The position numbers were made by a program, and so were the translations under genes. Under the pieces are notes generated by a model. It saw only the letters and a list, made by a program, of their open reading frames with translations, was not told where the DNA came from and searched no databases. A DNA stretch of 64,000 nt from an uncultured Candidatus Rokubacteria bacterium (GTDB lineage Bacteria; Methylomirabilota; Methylomirabilia; Rokubacteriales; DASRDR01). The stretch is taken from NCBI GenBank assembly GCA_963826115.1, contig CAWGVS010000006.1:960001-1024000 (forward strand), read 5' to 3'. How positions within the stretch are numbered: the first letter of the stretch is position 1; each line of letters starts with the position of its first letter. This document shows, piece after piece, positions 1 through 9,742 of this stretch.

Positions 1-1069
1 CGCCCAGACGGAGCCCTTCGTCGGCCGGTTCGTGTCGCGAGAGGAGGTGGACGCCGTGCACCGCTGGCAGCTCGGGTTCCTCGAGCGATGGCCCGATCGG
101 TTCCGGGAGCGCGTCGCGGCGGGGCGGGTTCGCGACGGACACGGAGACCTTCGGCTGGAGCATGTTTACTTCGAGACCGAGGAGCCGATCGCCATCGACT
201 GCGTGGAGTTCAGCGAGCGGCTTCGCGCCGGCGATGCGGCGAGCGACGTCGCCTTCCTGGCCATGGAGCTGGCCGCGCGCGCGCGCCGCGACCTCGCCGA
301 GGGCTTCCTGGCGGCATACGCCAGCGCCTCCGACGACCACGACCTCTACAGCGTGGTCGACTTCTACGCGGGGTACCGCGCCTGGGTGCGCGGAAAGGTC
401 GCGGCGTTCCTGGCTGTCGACCCGTCCACGCCGCCGGAGAAGACGGCGCGGAAGGCCAGGGAGGCGCGGTCCCTGTTCACACTCGCCGGCGCGTACGCGA
501 CGGACCGGGCCGGCGGTCCGCCGGTCGTCGCGACCGGTGGGCTGATCGGCAGCGGGAAGAGCACGCTGGCCGAGGCACTCGGCCGCGCGACGGGCTGGCC
601 CGTCGTGTCGTCGGACCGGGTGCGGAAGGCCCTCGCGGGAGTCCGGCCAATCGAGCGCGCCCCGGATGAGGCCTACTCCACGGCGTTCTCGTCGCGGACC
701 TTCGACGAGGTGTTCCGCCGGGCCGGTGTCGTGCTGGGCTCGGGGCGCGGGGTCGTGCTCGATGCGACGTTCCGCGACCGAGCGCTCCGGATTCGAGCGC
801 GGGAACTCGCGCGCCAGCACGGGCGGCGGTTCCTGTTCGCCGAGACCGTGTGCGACGACGCCACGCTTCGGGAGCGCCTACGTCGCCGGGCGGGCCGTCC
901 CTCCGTCTCCGACGCGGGCGAGGACCTGCTCGACCGCGTACGCGCGGAGTGGGAGCCCGTCGTCGAGCTCGAGGCCGGCGAGCATGTCCGCGTCGACACC
1001 ACCGGCCCGGCGGAGGTGGCGGTGCGCGCCATCATGCGCGCGCTACCAGCCCACTCGCTGCTATCGTAG
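1..1069 (+). CDS. Bifunctional aminoglycoside-phosphotransferase-like / AAA_33 P-loop kinase (COG2187+COG0645), 5'-truncated by window edge
   Basis: RDGHGDLRLEH and IDCVEF (APH-like) then GLIGSGKST Walker A, SSDRVRK, VVLDATF, SDA motifs. Confidence 0.85.
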   Translation, partial: AQTEPFVGRFVSREEVDAVHRWQLGFLERWPDRFRERVAAGRVRDGHGDLRLEHVYFETEEPIAIDCVEFSERLRAGDAASDVAFLAMELAARARRDLAEGFLAAYASASDDHDLYSVVDFYAGYRAWVRGKVAAFLAVDPSTPPEKTARKAREARSLFTLAGAYATDRAGGPPVVATGGLIGSGKSTLAEALGRATGWPVVSSDRVRKALAGVRPIERAPDEAYSTAFSSRTFDEVFRRAGVVLGSGRGVVLDATFRDRALRIRARELARQHGRRFLFAETVCDDATLRERLRRRAGRPSVSDAGEDLLDRVRAEWEPVVELEAGEHVRVDTTGPAEVAVRAIMRALPAHSLLS

Positions 1070-1176
1070 CGACCGGCGAGGATTCACGTCGCGGCACAGG
1101 ACCCGCCGGGCGCGTCCGGCGGGAGGGATCCGGCGCTCCGGGCGCGATCGCCGCGGCTCACACGCGTGAGGGGACG

Positions 1177-2106
1177 ATGACCGACCGACGGCTGCCGACC
1201 GAGGCCGAGGTGCAGAGCTGGATCCGGGACCGGAGCAACTGGGGCCGCTGGGGCGCGGACGACCAGCGGGGGACGATCAACCTGATCACGCCGGCCAAGC
1301 GGGTCGAGGCGGCCCGCCTCTGCCGGACCGGGCGCACCGTGTCCCTGTCGCGGCCGTTCCCCAAGGAGCCGGGGATCAACAACGCCATCCCGGCGCAGCA
1401 CTTCATGCGGACGATGCCCCGGGGCCGGGGCGGTGCCGCGATGGACTTCTACGGAATCTTCTACCACGGGGTGGCGTCGACGCACATCGACGCGCTGTGC
1501 CACACGTGGGACGAGCGGGCGATGTGGAACGGCCGCGATCCGAAGCGCGAGATCACGTTCGACGGCGCGACGTTCGGGTCCGTCGAGCACTGGCGCGACG
1601 GGATCGTGACCCGTTGCGTCCTTCTCGACGTGCCACGGCACCGCGGCGTGCCGTCCGTCACCCACGACCGCCCGGTTCACGGCTGGGAGCTGGAGGAGAT
1701 CCTGCAGGCGAGGGGGCTTCGCGTCTCGCCCGGCGACGCGGTGGCCGTCTACAGCGGTCGCGAGGCGTGGCAGGCGGCGAACCCCGACACGCCGTACGGC
1801 CGGCCGTTCGGCCCGCCCCTCCAGCGGCCGGGCCTCCACGTGTCGTGCCTGCCGTTCCTGCGGGACCACGACGTGTCGCTCCTGGTCTGGGACATGCTGG
1901 ACCACCTGCCCATCGGCTACGACGTCGCGTGGGCGGTGCACGCGGCGCTCTTCGCCTACGGCATGCCGCTCCTCGACAACGCGCTGCTGGAGCCCCTGGC
2001 GAAGGCCTGCGCCGAGGAGGGGCGCGACGATTTCATGCTGGTGATCGCGCCGCTGCCGGTGATTGGGGGCACCGGGTCTCCCGCGAACCCGCTCGCCATC
2101 TTCTGA
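1177..2106 (+). CDS. Cyclase family (kynurenine formamidase-like) metal-dependent hydrolase
   Basis: NWGRWGxDDQRGT N-terminus, HGVASTHIDALCH metal motif, GGTGSPANPLAIF end; ATG 1177 after GAGGGG. Confidence 0.9.
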   Translation: MTDRRLPTEAEVQSWIRDRSNWGRWGADDQRGTINLITPAKRVEAARLCRTGRTVSLSRPFPKEPGINNAIPAQHFMRTMPRGRGGAAMDFYGIFYHGVASTHIDALCHTWDERAMWNGRDPKREITFDGATFGSVEHWRDGIVTRCVLLDVPRHRGVPSVTHDRPVHGWELEEILQARGLRVSPGDAVAVYSGREAWQAANPDTPYGRPFGPPLQRPGLHVSCLPFLRDHDVSLLVWDMLDHLPIGYDVAWAVHAALFAYGMPLLDNALLEPLAKACAEEGRDDFMLVIAPLPVIGGTGSPANPLAIF

Positions 2107-2211
2107 TGGCGCCGGCCGGGCCCGAAGTGGCTGTATCGGCCGGGGCCGAACTGGATCTCCCTTCTCGCGCCGACCGGCCGGACGATGGCGGGCGGAGAGA
2201 GGAGGTCCCGC

Positions 2212-2724
2212 ATGAGCACCGTTCGCCCCCTCACGAACCCCGCCCCCGCGGTGGAGGTCCCTCGCCTGGGGAGCCCCTATCGGCCGCGGCCGGTCGGGTT
2301 CATCCGGCTGGAGCAGCGCGGCGACTGGCGCCTCAAGGTCTACGGCATCGCCACGCCCGGCCGGGCCCCGCGCCCGGAGTTCGTCGACGCCGCCGTCGAT
2401 CTCGCCGGGCGCATTCTGCCCCGGCCGGCGGTCGGTGACGAGCGCTACGGCGTCGGTATCGTGGTCGCGCACGACTCGGCGACGCACTGCTTCGCGCTCT
2501 GCTACTGGTGGCAGTCGGCCAACGAGCTGCACCAGCGGGTCTATGCCGCCCCGCGCGAGGACCCCCGCGCGCTGACCAAGCTCGCGGATCCCGGCGCCGG
2601 GTGCGTCTGGGAGCTGAGCGTCGTCGACTTCGAGCGGCGCGCCTGGTTGGAGGACGTGCTGACGAACCCGGGCGGCCCGGACCTCGACCGCTACCTGACG
2701 CGGCGGTTCGGCGCGGAGGTCTGA
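2212..2724 (+). CDS. Conserved hypothetical protein
   Basis: GGAGG RBS before ATG 2212; W-x-L-K-V-Y-G-I, ANELHQ and CVWEL-x-V-x-x-FER-x-AW motifs look like a conserved globular family. Confidence 0.7.
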   Translation: MSTVRPLTNPAPAVEVPRLGSPYRPRPVGFIRLEQRGDWRLKVYGIATPGRAPRPEFVDAAVDLAGRILPRPAVGDERYGVGIVVAHDSATHCFALCYWWQSANELHQRVYAAPREDPRALTKLADPGAGCVWELSVVDFERRAWLEDVLTNPGGPDLDRYLTRRFGAEV

Positions 2725-2755
2725 GCGCGCCCGCCGCGGGCGGCGAGGGCGAAGC

Positions 2756-3640
2756 TTAGCGGTTGGCGGCGCCGGACGGTAGGCGCTCGGACTCGCGCCC
2801 GTTCCGGGTCCCCGTCATCGCGTCCGCCGCCCCGCGGTCCGATCCTCCGAAGAACAGCCAGCCCGCGAGGAGGAGGTACGCCACGTACGCCACGGCTTCC
2901 CACGTGGACGGCCGCGCGCGGTAGCCGAGGAGGCCGGCGAGGAGCGATCCGAGGACCCCCCGGTCGTCGAGCCAGGCCGACGTGTCCCACAGGGTGTCCG
3001 GCGGGGGCAGGATGCCCAGCCCCTGGAGACGGCCGACCCCCGTGCTGAAGAGGCCCGCGGCCAGGAGGAGCAGGAAGGCTGACGTCCACGCGAAGAAGCG
3101 CCTGAGGCTCAGCTGGCGCGCGCCCTGGAAGACGAGGACGCCGAGCACGATCGCCCCGAGGACCCCGAGGGCCCCGCCGAGCGCGAGGAGCGAGCTCCCC
3201 GCGCCCGTGCCCACCTGGGTCAGGAGTCCCCAGAGGAAGAGGACGGTCTCGGCGCCCTCGCGGAAGACCCCCGTGAAGGCGATGGCCCCGACGACCCAGA
3301 ACTGGCGCCGGGCCTGGGCGGCGTCGATCCGCCGCTCCAGCTCGCCGCGGACGGCGCGCGCGTGACGCCGCATCCACCAGCCGTGCCACGTCAGCATCCC
3401 GCTCGCCGAGAAGAGGACGGCGGCGCCGATGAGGTCCGGTCCGAGGTCGACCAGCGGGCCGGAGAGGACCGTCACGACGACGCCGAGGAGCACACTGGCC
3501 GCCACGCCGAGGAGGGCGCCCATCGTCACGTAGCGAAACTCCCGCCGCGCGCCGATCTTGTCGAGGTAGGTGTAGATGAGCCCGAGGATCAGCGCGGCCT
3601 CGAACCCCTCGCGCAGCGTGATGACGAAGGTGCCGCCCAC
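2756..3640 (-). CDS. FTR1/EfeU-family iron permease (FtrC-like)
   Basis: Two REGxE motifs (LREGFEA, FREGAET), about 7 TM segments. Confidence 0.92.
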   Translation of the reverse strand: MGGTFVITLREGFEAALILGLIYTYLDKIGARREFRYVTMGALLGVAASVLLGVVVTVLSGPLVDLGPDLIGAAVLFSASGMLTWHGWWMRRHARAVRGELERRIDAAQARRQFWVVGAIAFTGVFREGAETVLFLWGLLTQVGTGAGSSLLALGGALGVLGAIVLGVLVFQGARQLSLRRFFAWTSAFLLLLAAGLFSTGVGRLQGLGILPPPDTLWDTSAWLDDRGVLGSLLAGLLGYRARPSTWEAVAYVAYLLLAGWLFFGGSDRGAADAMTGTRNGRESERLPSGAANR

Positions 3641-3648
3641 GGCGTCGT

Positions 3649-4002
3649 CTACTCCGTGACGATGCGGCCCTTGGCGGTCGCTTCGTGGTACTCGCCGAAG
3701 AACTTGTAGGTGCCGGGCTTTAGCGGCGCCATCCGGACCTTCAGGGTCTTGTTGCCCGGGATGATCTTCTCGACCTTGAGCTCCTTGCTCTCGAACTCCT
3801 CGGGCGTGGCGTCCTTGTTGGTGATGACCAGCACGAACGGCTGTCCCGCCTTGACCTTGATCTCCTCGGGCGTGAACTTGTGCTGTTCGATGGCGAGCGC
3901 GATCTCGGGGGCCGCCGTTGTCGCCGCCGGCGCCTGCGCGCGTGCGGGCGCCGCGCCCGCGACGAGAGCCAACGCCACCCCCAGTCCCACGATGTGCCGC
4001 AT
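3649..4002 (-). CDS. Periplasmic cupredoxin-domain protein (FtrB/EfeO-cupredoxin-like)
   Basis: Signal peptide, EEFES, LKPGTYKFFGEYH; AAAGGAG RBS; adjacent to FTR1. Confidence 0.88.
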   Translation of the reverse strand: MRHIVGLGVALALVAGAAPARAQAPAATTAAPEIALAIEQHKFTPEEIKVKAGQPFVLVITNKDATPEEFESKELKVEKIIPGNKTLKVRMAPLKPGTYKFFGEYHEATAKGRIVTE

Positions 4003-4071
4003 CGGAGTCGCTCCTTTGGGATCCGGCCGGCCCGGACGCGGCACCGGCCGTCTCATCGTCGGTAGGCTACA

Positions 4072-4111
4072 TGACAATCATTAGGTAACCCTAATCATGT
4101 GGCCGTGTCAA
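4072..4111 (-). promoter_or_regulatory. Promoter with metal-regulator operator: TTAGGTAACCCTAA palindrome (4081-4094) downstream of a TTGACA -35 (4111-4106)
   Basis: AT-rich island in GC-rich DNA; resembles DtxR/MntR/SirR boxes (TTAGG-N4-CCTAA); upstream of iron uptake genes. Confidence 0.7.
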
Positions 4112-4191
4112 GCCGGAGGCGGTGGGGCGGGATGGCAGCGGGAGCCGGCGCCCGGTGCCGCCGGCGGGCGCCCCCGCGGGCGCCGGACAGT

Positions 4192-4221
4192 CGAGAGGGG
4201 AGCCGCGGGGCTCCCCTCTCG
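4192..4221 (-). terminator. 13-bp stem hairpin after the sugar ABC operon (terminator or stabiliser, no U-tract)
   Basis: CGAGAGGGGAGCC-gcgg-GGCTCCCCTCTCG perfect inverted repeat about 30 nt after the SBP stop. Confidence 0.55.
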
Positions 4222-4248
4222 TGGGTCGGGACTCGGAAGGCGGGCGGT

Positions 4249-5577
4249 CTAGCCCTTGGCGTGCCGGGCGTAGATCTCCGCGATCGCCTTGTGGGCTTCC
4301 TCGACGGCCTTCTCGGCGGGCCAGTTCTCGACGAGCACGCGCTGGGTCATCTTCCCGATCACGTGCGTGTTGAGGACCTCGCCGGCCGCCGGATTCGGCG
4401 AACCGGCGTAGCTGACCGGGACTCCGGTCTCCGCCAGTGTGATGAAGTGCTTGAAGACCGGCTTCTCCCGCCAGAAGGGGCTGTCGAAGAGCCGCTTGTA
4501 GACCGGCACCCAGCGCCCGCCGGTCGACTGGACGATCTTGTCGTAGTTCGAGGGCTGGAGCATGTACTCGATCAGCCCCTTGCCGAGCTCCGGGTACGGG
4601 CTCTTCTTGAAGAGGCCCAGGGACCAGGTGTCGATCTGGCTGATGCTGCCGGCGGGACCGGCCGGGACCGGGAAGATGCCCGTCACCTTCTGGAGGTCCT
4701 TGTCGTTCCCGTCGAGGTAGGCGTAGACGCTCGTCGGGTTCATGACGAACGCCGCCTGCTTCGACTGGTAGGCCTTGTTGTTCCCGGAGTCGTCCCACGA
4801 GATCGCACCCGGGGGGATGATCTTGTGGGTCTTGAACATGGCCTCCAGCACCTTGAGACCGGCGATGTTCCCGGGGGAATTCATCGCGATCGTCTTGTTG
4901 TCCTTCTCGACCATCTTCCCGCCGTAGCACCAGAGCAGGTTCATCACGTTGTCGGTCGTGTCGAACGTGAGGCCGAGACAGATGCCGAACGCAAAGAGGC
5001 GCGGCGGCTCCTGGATCTTCTTGCTGGTCTCGATGAACTCGTCCCACGTCTTCGGATAGTCGACCTTGGCCTTCTCCAGGAGATCGAGCCGCGCGTGGAC
5101 GGGCCACGGGTTCACGGCCAGGGGGACGCCGAGGTAGCGGCCATTGACGCGGACGGCCTCCAGGGTGGCCTCGAAGATCCCCTTGGGCTCCTTCCGCATC
5201 TTCTCGACCGTGTCGGTCATGTCGACCAGGTGCCCCTGGCTACCGAAGAACTGGACGTTCGACTCGTACAGCCGCATGACGTCGGGAGGGTTCCCGGCCT
5301 CGAGACCGGCCGACAGCTTCTGGATGAAGACGTCGTTCCCGACGACCGAGAACTCGACCTCCTCGTCCTTCAGCCCGGCCGACTTCGCGAACTCGTAGAC
5401 CTGGTCCTTCTGCAGCTGGTCCGCGATCGGGGTGAAGTTCGGGAGCTGCCAGAAGATGAGCTTCTTGGCCCGCTGGGCGTGACTCTTGTTGACCAGCCAC
5501 CACGGGCTCGTCGTGGCGATGCCGGTCGCGGCCGCCACCTTCAGGACCTGTCGTCGCGATACGCGCACTTCTGTCAT
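4249..5577 (-). CDS. Carbohydrate ABC transporter substrate-binding protein, Tat-exported
   Basis: SRRQVLK twin-arginine signal; GNPPDV, PKTWDEF, PVPAGPAG motifs. Confidence 0.9.
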   Translation of the reverse strand: MTEVRVSRRQVLKVAAATGIATTSPWWLVNKSHAQRAKKLIFWQLPNFTPIADQLQKDQVYEFAKSAGLKDEEVEFSVVGNDVFIQKLSAGLEAGNPPDVMRLYESNVQFFGSQGHLVDMTDTVEKMRKEPKGIFEATLEAVRVNGRYLGVPLAVNPWPVHARLDLLEKAKVDYPKTWDEFIETSKKIQEPPRLFAFGICLGLTFDTTDNVMNLLWCYGGKMVEKDNKTIAMNSPGNIAGLKVLEAMFKTHKIIPPGAISWDDSGNNKAYQSKQAAFVMNPTSVYAYLDGNDKDLQKVTGIFPVPAGPAGSISQIDTWSLGLFKKSPYPELGKGLIEYMLQPSNYDKIVQSTGGRWVPVYKRLFDSPFWREKPVFKHFITLAETGVPVSYAGSPNPAAGEVLNTHVIGKMTQRVLVENWPAEKAVEEAHKAIAEIYARHAKG

Positions 5578-5628
5578 CGTGCTGTTCTCCTCTGCTGTAC
5601 CGGCTTGTAGTGGTGTGTCCGCTCTCCG

Positions 5629-6471
5629 CTAGCCCTTCACCCCGCCCAGCGTGAGCCCCTTCACGACCCATCGCTGGAAGACGAGGTACAGGATCACGGG
5701 GGGGAGAGCGCTCAGGACCGCCGAGCCCATCATCGGTCCCCAAAAGAACACGTCTTCTACGATGAAATTGGAGATGCCGGCCGTGACGGTCCGGACCTCG
5801 TTGCTGCTGACGAAGACCTGCGCGTACAGGAACTCGCCCCAGGCCTGGGTGAACGAGAAGAACGCCACCACCGCGAGCGCGGGGAGCGACATCGGGAGGA
5901 TGATGCGCACGAGGGTGCCCATCCGGGAACAGCCGTCGACCAGCGCCGCCTCCTCGAGCTCGAGGGGCACCGAGCGGAAATACCCCATCAGGAGCCAGGT
6001 GCAGAACGGCACCGTGAAGCCGAGATAGGCCAGTACGAGCCCATGATAGGTGTCGACGAGCCGAAACGCCGACATCACGGCGAACAGCGGGATGAAGAGG
6101 AGCGACTGCGGCACCAGGTAGGTGAACACCAGGCCACTGGCGATGGTCTTCCGCCCACGGAAGCGGAGCCGGGCAAGCGCGTACGCCCCCAGGCAGCCGA
6201 ACACGAGCGAGGCGGCAGTCGTTGCCCCCGCGACGATGATCGAGTTCTTGACGTACTTCACGAAGGGCGTCTTCGCGAACAGGAGGCGGTAGGCGTCCAG
6301 CGTCGGGTGACGCGGCACGAGCGTCGCCTCGAAGCCGTAGATCTCCTTGTCCGTCTTGAGCGAGGTGGCGATCATCCAATAGAAGGGCACGAGCGTCCAG
6401 ATCAGCATGACGACGAGGAGGCCATTGCCGATCCAGCGGAGCAGCTGCTGTGTACCGGACTTGGTCCGCAT
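5629..6471 (-). CDS. Carbohydrate ABC transporter permease (MalG-like)
   Basis: ELEEAALVDGCS EAA loop, 6 TM. Confidence 0.93.
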   Translation of the reverse strand: MRTKSGTQQLLRWIGNGLLVVMLIWTLVPFYWMIATSLKTDKEIYGFEATLVPRHPTLDAYRLLFAKTPFVKYVKNSIIVAGATTAASLVFGCLGAYALARLRFRGRKTIASGLVFTYLVPQSLLFIPLFAVMSAFRLVDTYHGLVLAYLGFTVPFCTWLLMGYFRSVPLELEEAALVDGCSRMGTLVRIILPMSLPALAVVAFFSFTQAWGEFLYAQVFVSSNEVRTVTAGISNFIVEDVFFWGPMMGSAVLSALPPVILYLVFQRWVVKGLTLGGVKG

Positions 6472-6477
6472 TTGAGC

Positions 6478-7470
6478 CTACTCGTCGGTTGGCCGAAGCA
6501 TGCGGCGCGTGAGGAAGATGATGAGCAGGACCAGGACGGGGAAGAAGACAAGGGAGACGGCGGCGCCCATCCCCAGGCGGAAGGCCCCGAGCGCCATCGT
6601 GTACGACAAGTGCGGGAAAATCTCGGTCCGCCCCGCCGGGCCGCCCTTCGTGAGGATGTAGACGAACTGTAGGTTCGTTGCGGTCCAGATCGTGGAGAGC
6701 ATCACCGTCGTCAGGAAGATCGTGCGAAGCCGCGGGATGGTGACGTAGAAGAACTGCTGGACGATCGAGGCGCCGTCGATCTCGGCCGCCTCGTAGAGCT
6801 CCTTGGGTATCGCCTGGAGCCCCGCCAGGAACGTCATGGTGTAGAAGGGCGTGCCCGCCCAGACCACGACCGCGATGACACAGCCCATGGCGAGGTTCGG
6901 ATCGGAGAGCCAGGAGATGATGTTCTTCGTGATGTGGAAAGTGATCAGGAAGTTGTTGAGGAAGCCGGAGAGATCATCGAAGATCCACCGCCAGTTCAGG
7001 GACACGATGACGATGGGTATCGCCCAGGGAACGAAGAGGAGCGTCCGGAAGATGTTGTTGAAGCGCCGCTCCTGGTCGAGGACCAGGGCCATGGTCAGGC
7101 CGAGCACGAACTTGAGGGCGACCGCCACCAGCGTGTAGACGACGCTGTTGTACATCGTTCGGACGAAGAGGTCGCTCCGGAACAGATCGACGTAGTTCTG
7201 GAGCCCGACGAACCGCCCCGGCGCACCGACCATCTTGTTCTGGAGCGACAGGTAGATGCCGATGAAGAACGGGTAGGCGACCATCCCCAGGATGATCAGG
7301 AACGTCGGCGTCAGGATGGCGTAGGCGAGCGTGTTCTCGCTTCGACGGCGGCGCCGGACGCGCCCCGCGGCCTGCGTCGGCGCGGCGACGAGGATCGACT
7401 CCTGATAGGCCTCGGTCGGGTCGGCTCGAACCGCCACCGGCGTCCCTCCAGGGTCGTCGCCCGGGTCCAC
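6478..7470 (-). CDS. Carbohydrate ABC transporter permease (MalF-like); start uncertain
   Basis: FVGLQNY, LAGLQAIPKELYEAAEIDGA, LTKGGP. Confidence 0.92.
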   Translation of the reverse strand: MDPGDDPGGTPVAVRADPTEAYQESILVAAPTQAAGRVRRRRRSENTLAYAILTPTFLIILGMVAYPFFIGIYLSLQNKMVGAPGRFVGLQNYVDLFRSDLFVRTMYNSVVYTLVAVALKFVLGLTMALVLDQERRFNNIFRTLLFVPWAIPIVIVSLNWRWIFDDLSGFLNNFLITFHITKNIISWLSDPNLAMGCVIAVVVWAGTPFYTMTFLAGLQAIPKELYEAAEIDGASIVQQFFYVTIPRLRTIFLTTVMLSTIWTATNLQFVYILTKGGPAGRTEIFPHLSYTMALGAFRLGMGAAVSLVFFPVLVLLIIFLTRRMLRPTDE

Positions 7471-7690
7471 GAGGACAGGTGTCCCCGCGTGCCGGCCAAA
7501 GGTGTGAACCTGCGCGATTATTCGTCGCCGGGCCGCGCGCTGTCAAGGTCCGCCTCCGATCGCGGTCTGGCGAGGCCCCCGCGGTCCGTGCGACAATCGG
7601 CCGCTGACGTCCGCCGGGGCCTACCGGCAGCGACGCATCACCCATGACCAGCGGCTCGACGACGAGCGAGGGCAGCGCGTGCCCGCCGGG

Positions 7691-8194
7691 GTGAACCGGC
7701 GTGACGTCGCCGTCGCGGTGGCCGTCGTGCTCCTTGGGGTCGTCGTGATCGGCCTCGGGCTCGGGGTGGAGCCCGGCGTCCAGACCGACCCGCTCGGCCC
7801 GCGGGCGTTCCCGCTCACGCTCGGCGGCGCGATCGTGCTCTGCGGGCTCCTGCTCGGCGTCGCGGCCGTCACCGGCGACCGGTGGACGGTCTCGACCGCG
7901 ATGTTCGTGGAGTCGGCCGACGACGACGCCAGCGAGGCGGCGGTCCACTCTCCATGGCGGCTCGTCCTGGCCGTGGCCGCCACCGCGGCCTACCTCTTCC
8001 TGTTCGAGCGCCTGGGGTACCTTCTCGCCACGCCCCTCTACATCGCGGCCATCATGCTCCTCCATCCGGGGGTGCGGGCTCGCGCGTTCGTGAGCGCCCC
8101 CGTGCTCGTGACGCTCGGCCTCTACGCCGCCTTCCGGTTCGGCCTGCTCATCCCGATCCCGGACGGGATCCTCGAATCGTGGCTCCCGTGGTGA
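7691..8194 (+). CDS. tctB: Tripartite tricarboxylate transporter small subunit
   Basis: DPLGPRAFP motif, 4-5 TM, precedes tctA; start GTG 7691 or 7679. Confidence 0.85.
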   Translation: MNRRDVAVAVAVVLLGVVVIGLGLGVEPGVQTDPLGPRAFPLTLGGAIVLCGLLLGVAAVTGDRWTVSTAMFVESADDDASEAAVHSPWRLVLAVAATAAYLFLFERLGYLLATPLYIAAIMLLHPGVRARAFVSAPVLVTLGLYAAFRFGLLIPIPDGILESWLPW

Positions 8195-8204
8195 GGCGCG
8201 GCCG

Positions 8205-9716
8205 GTGAGCCTGCTCGAGGGGCTGGCCGGCGGCTTCGTCAGCGCGCTCGAGGGGCCGCGCATCGTCGCCATGGTCGGCGGCGTCGCGTGGGGAATCATC
8301 GGCGGCGCCATCCCGGGGATCAGCGGCGCCGTCGCCATGGCGCTCGTCCTCCCGTTCACCTACGCCATGGACGCCACGACCGCCCTCGTGATGCTCGCCG
8401 GCGTGTGGGCCGGCGCGAACTACGGGGGCTCGATCCCGGCCATCCTGATGCGAATTCCCGGCACGCCGGCGTCCGCCGCATGCCTGATGGACGGCTACGA
8501 GCTGACGCGGCAGGGCAAGGCGGCGAAGGCTCTCGGGGTCTCGCTCGTCTGCGGAACCATCGGGGGCCTGATCAGCATCGTCGTGCTGATCGCGATGGTC
8601 CTCCCCCTGGGGGAAGTGGTGCTCCAGTTCGGATCGCCCGAGACGTTCGCTCTCGCGCTGTTTGCTCTCACCCTCCTCGCCGGGTTGGCCGAGGCGAGCT
8701 TCCTGAAGGGTCTCGCGTCGGGCTTCGTCGGCTTGCTCCTCACCACCGTCGGGCTCGACACGCTCACCGGCTCCCTGCGGTTCACGTTCGGCCGGACCGA
8801 GCTGTTGACCGGCGTCGACGTCGTCGCCGCGATGGTCGGCCTCTTCGCGATCACCGAGATGCTCTACCGCATCGCGCATCCGGGCGAGGCTCCCGTGGTC
8901 CTGACGGATCGCGCGCACACCGCCTTCCCGACGCTCCGCGAGCTGCGGGAGCTCTGGCCGGCCACCCTCGTCGGCACCATCGTCGGCCTGATCGTGGGCG
9001 TGATGCCGGGCGCCGGGGCGACCGCGTCCTCCTTCGTCGCGTACAACGAGGCGCGCCGGTGGTCGAAGCGGCCGGAGCTGTTCGGGAAGGGATCGATGGA
9101 GGGCGTGGCCGCGCCCGAGACGGCGAACAACGCGGTGCAGGGGGGCGACCTGGTGCCGACGCTGGCGCTGGGCATCCCGGGCTCCAACTCGGCGGCGATC
9201 ATGCTGGCCGCGCTCATCCTGCACGGCATCCAGCCCGGCCCGTTCCTCCTGTCCAAGCACCCGCAGCTCGTCTACACGCTGTTCGCCGGGCTCCTCATCG
9301 TGAACCTCCTGATGATCCCGGTGGGTCTCGTGATCCTGCGGCTGTGTCTCCTGGCCCTCCACCTCGCGACGCCGGTCCTCGTCTCGGCCGTGCTCGCGCT
9401 GTGCGTCATCGGCACGTACGCCTCGGAGCTCCACATCGTGAACCCGTGGACCGCGCTGGCCTTCGGGGTCCTGGGCTGCGCGATGCGCGCCTACGGCTTC
9501 TCGCCGGCGGCGATGGTGCTGGGCATGGTGCTGGGCGTGATGGCGGAGAGCGAGCTCCGGCGGTCGCTCATCATCTCCCACGGGAGCTGGACGATCTTCG
9601 CGACGCGGCCGATCACGGCGGCGCTGCTCGCGCTGACCGTGGCCGTGCTGGTCTACCCCCTGGTGTTGGGCGCCTTGCGCCGGTGGCGGACGAGCGGGCT
9701 GCCGGCGGCGACCTGA
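8205..9716 (+). CDS. tctA: Tripartite tricarboxylate transporter large permease
   Basis: GAIPGISG, YGGSIPAILMRIPGTPAS, APETANNA, LALGIPGS. Confidence 0.95.
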   Translation: MSLLEGLAGGFVSALEGPRIVAMVGGVAWGIIGGAIPGISGAVAMALVLPFTYAMDATTALVMLAGVWAGANYGGSIPAILMRIPGTPASAACLMDGYELTRQGKAAKALGVSLVCGTIGGLISIVVLIAMVLPLGEVVLQFGSPETFALALFALTLLAGLAEASFLKGLASGFVGLLLTTVGLDTLTGSLRFTFGRTELLTGVDVVAAMVGLFAITEMLYRIAHPGEAPVVLTDRAHTAFPTLRELRELWPATLVGTIVGLIVGVMPGAGATASSFVAYNEARRWSKRPELFGKGSMEGVAAPETANNAVQGGDLVPTLALGIPGSNSAAIMLAALILHGIQPGPFLLSKHPQLVYTLFAGLLIVNLLMIPVGLVILRLCLLALHLATPVLVSAVLALCVIGTYASELHIVNPWTALAFGVLGCAMRAYGFSPAAMVLGMVLGVMAESELRRSLIISHGSWTIFATRPITAALLALTVAVLVYPLVLGALRRWRTSGLPAAT

Positions 9717-9742
9717 CCCTCGACCACAAGGAGGCGAGTGAC

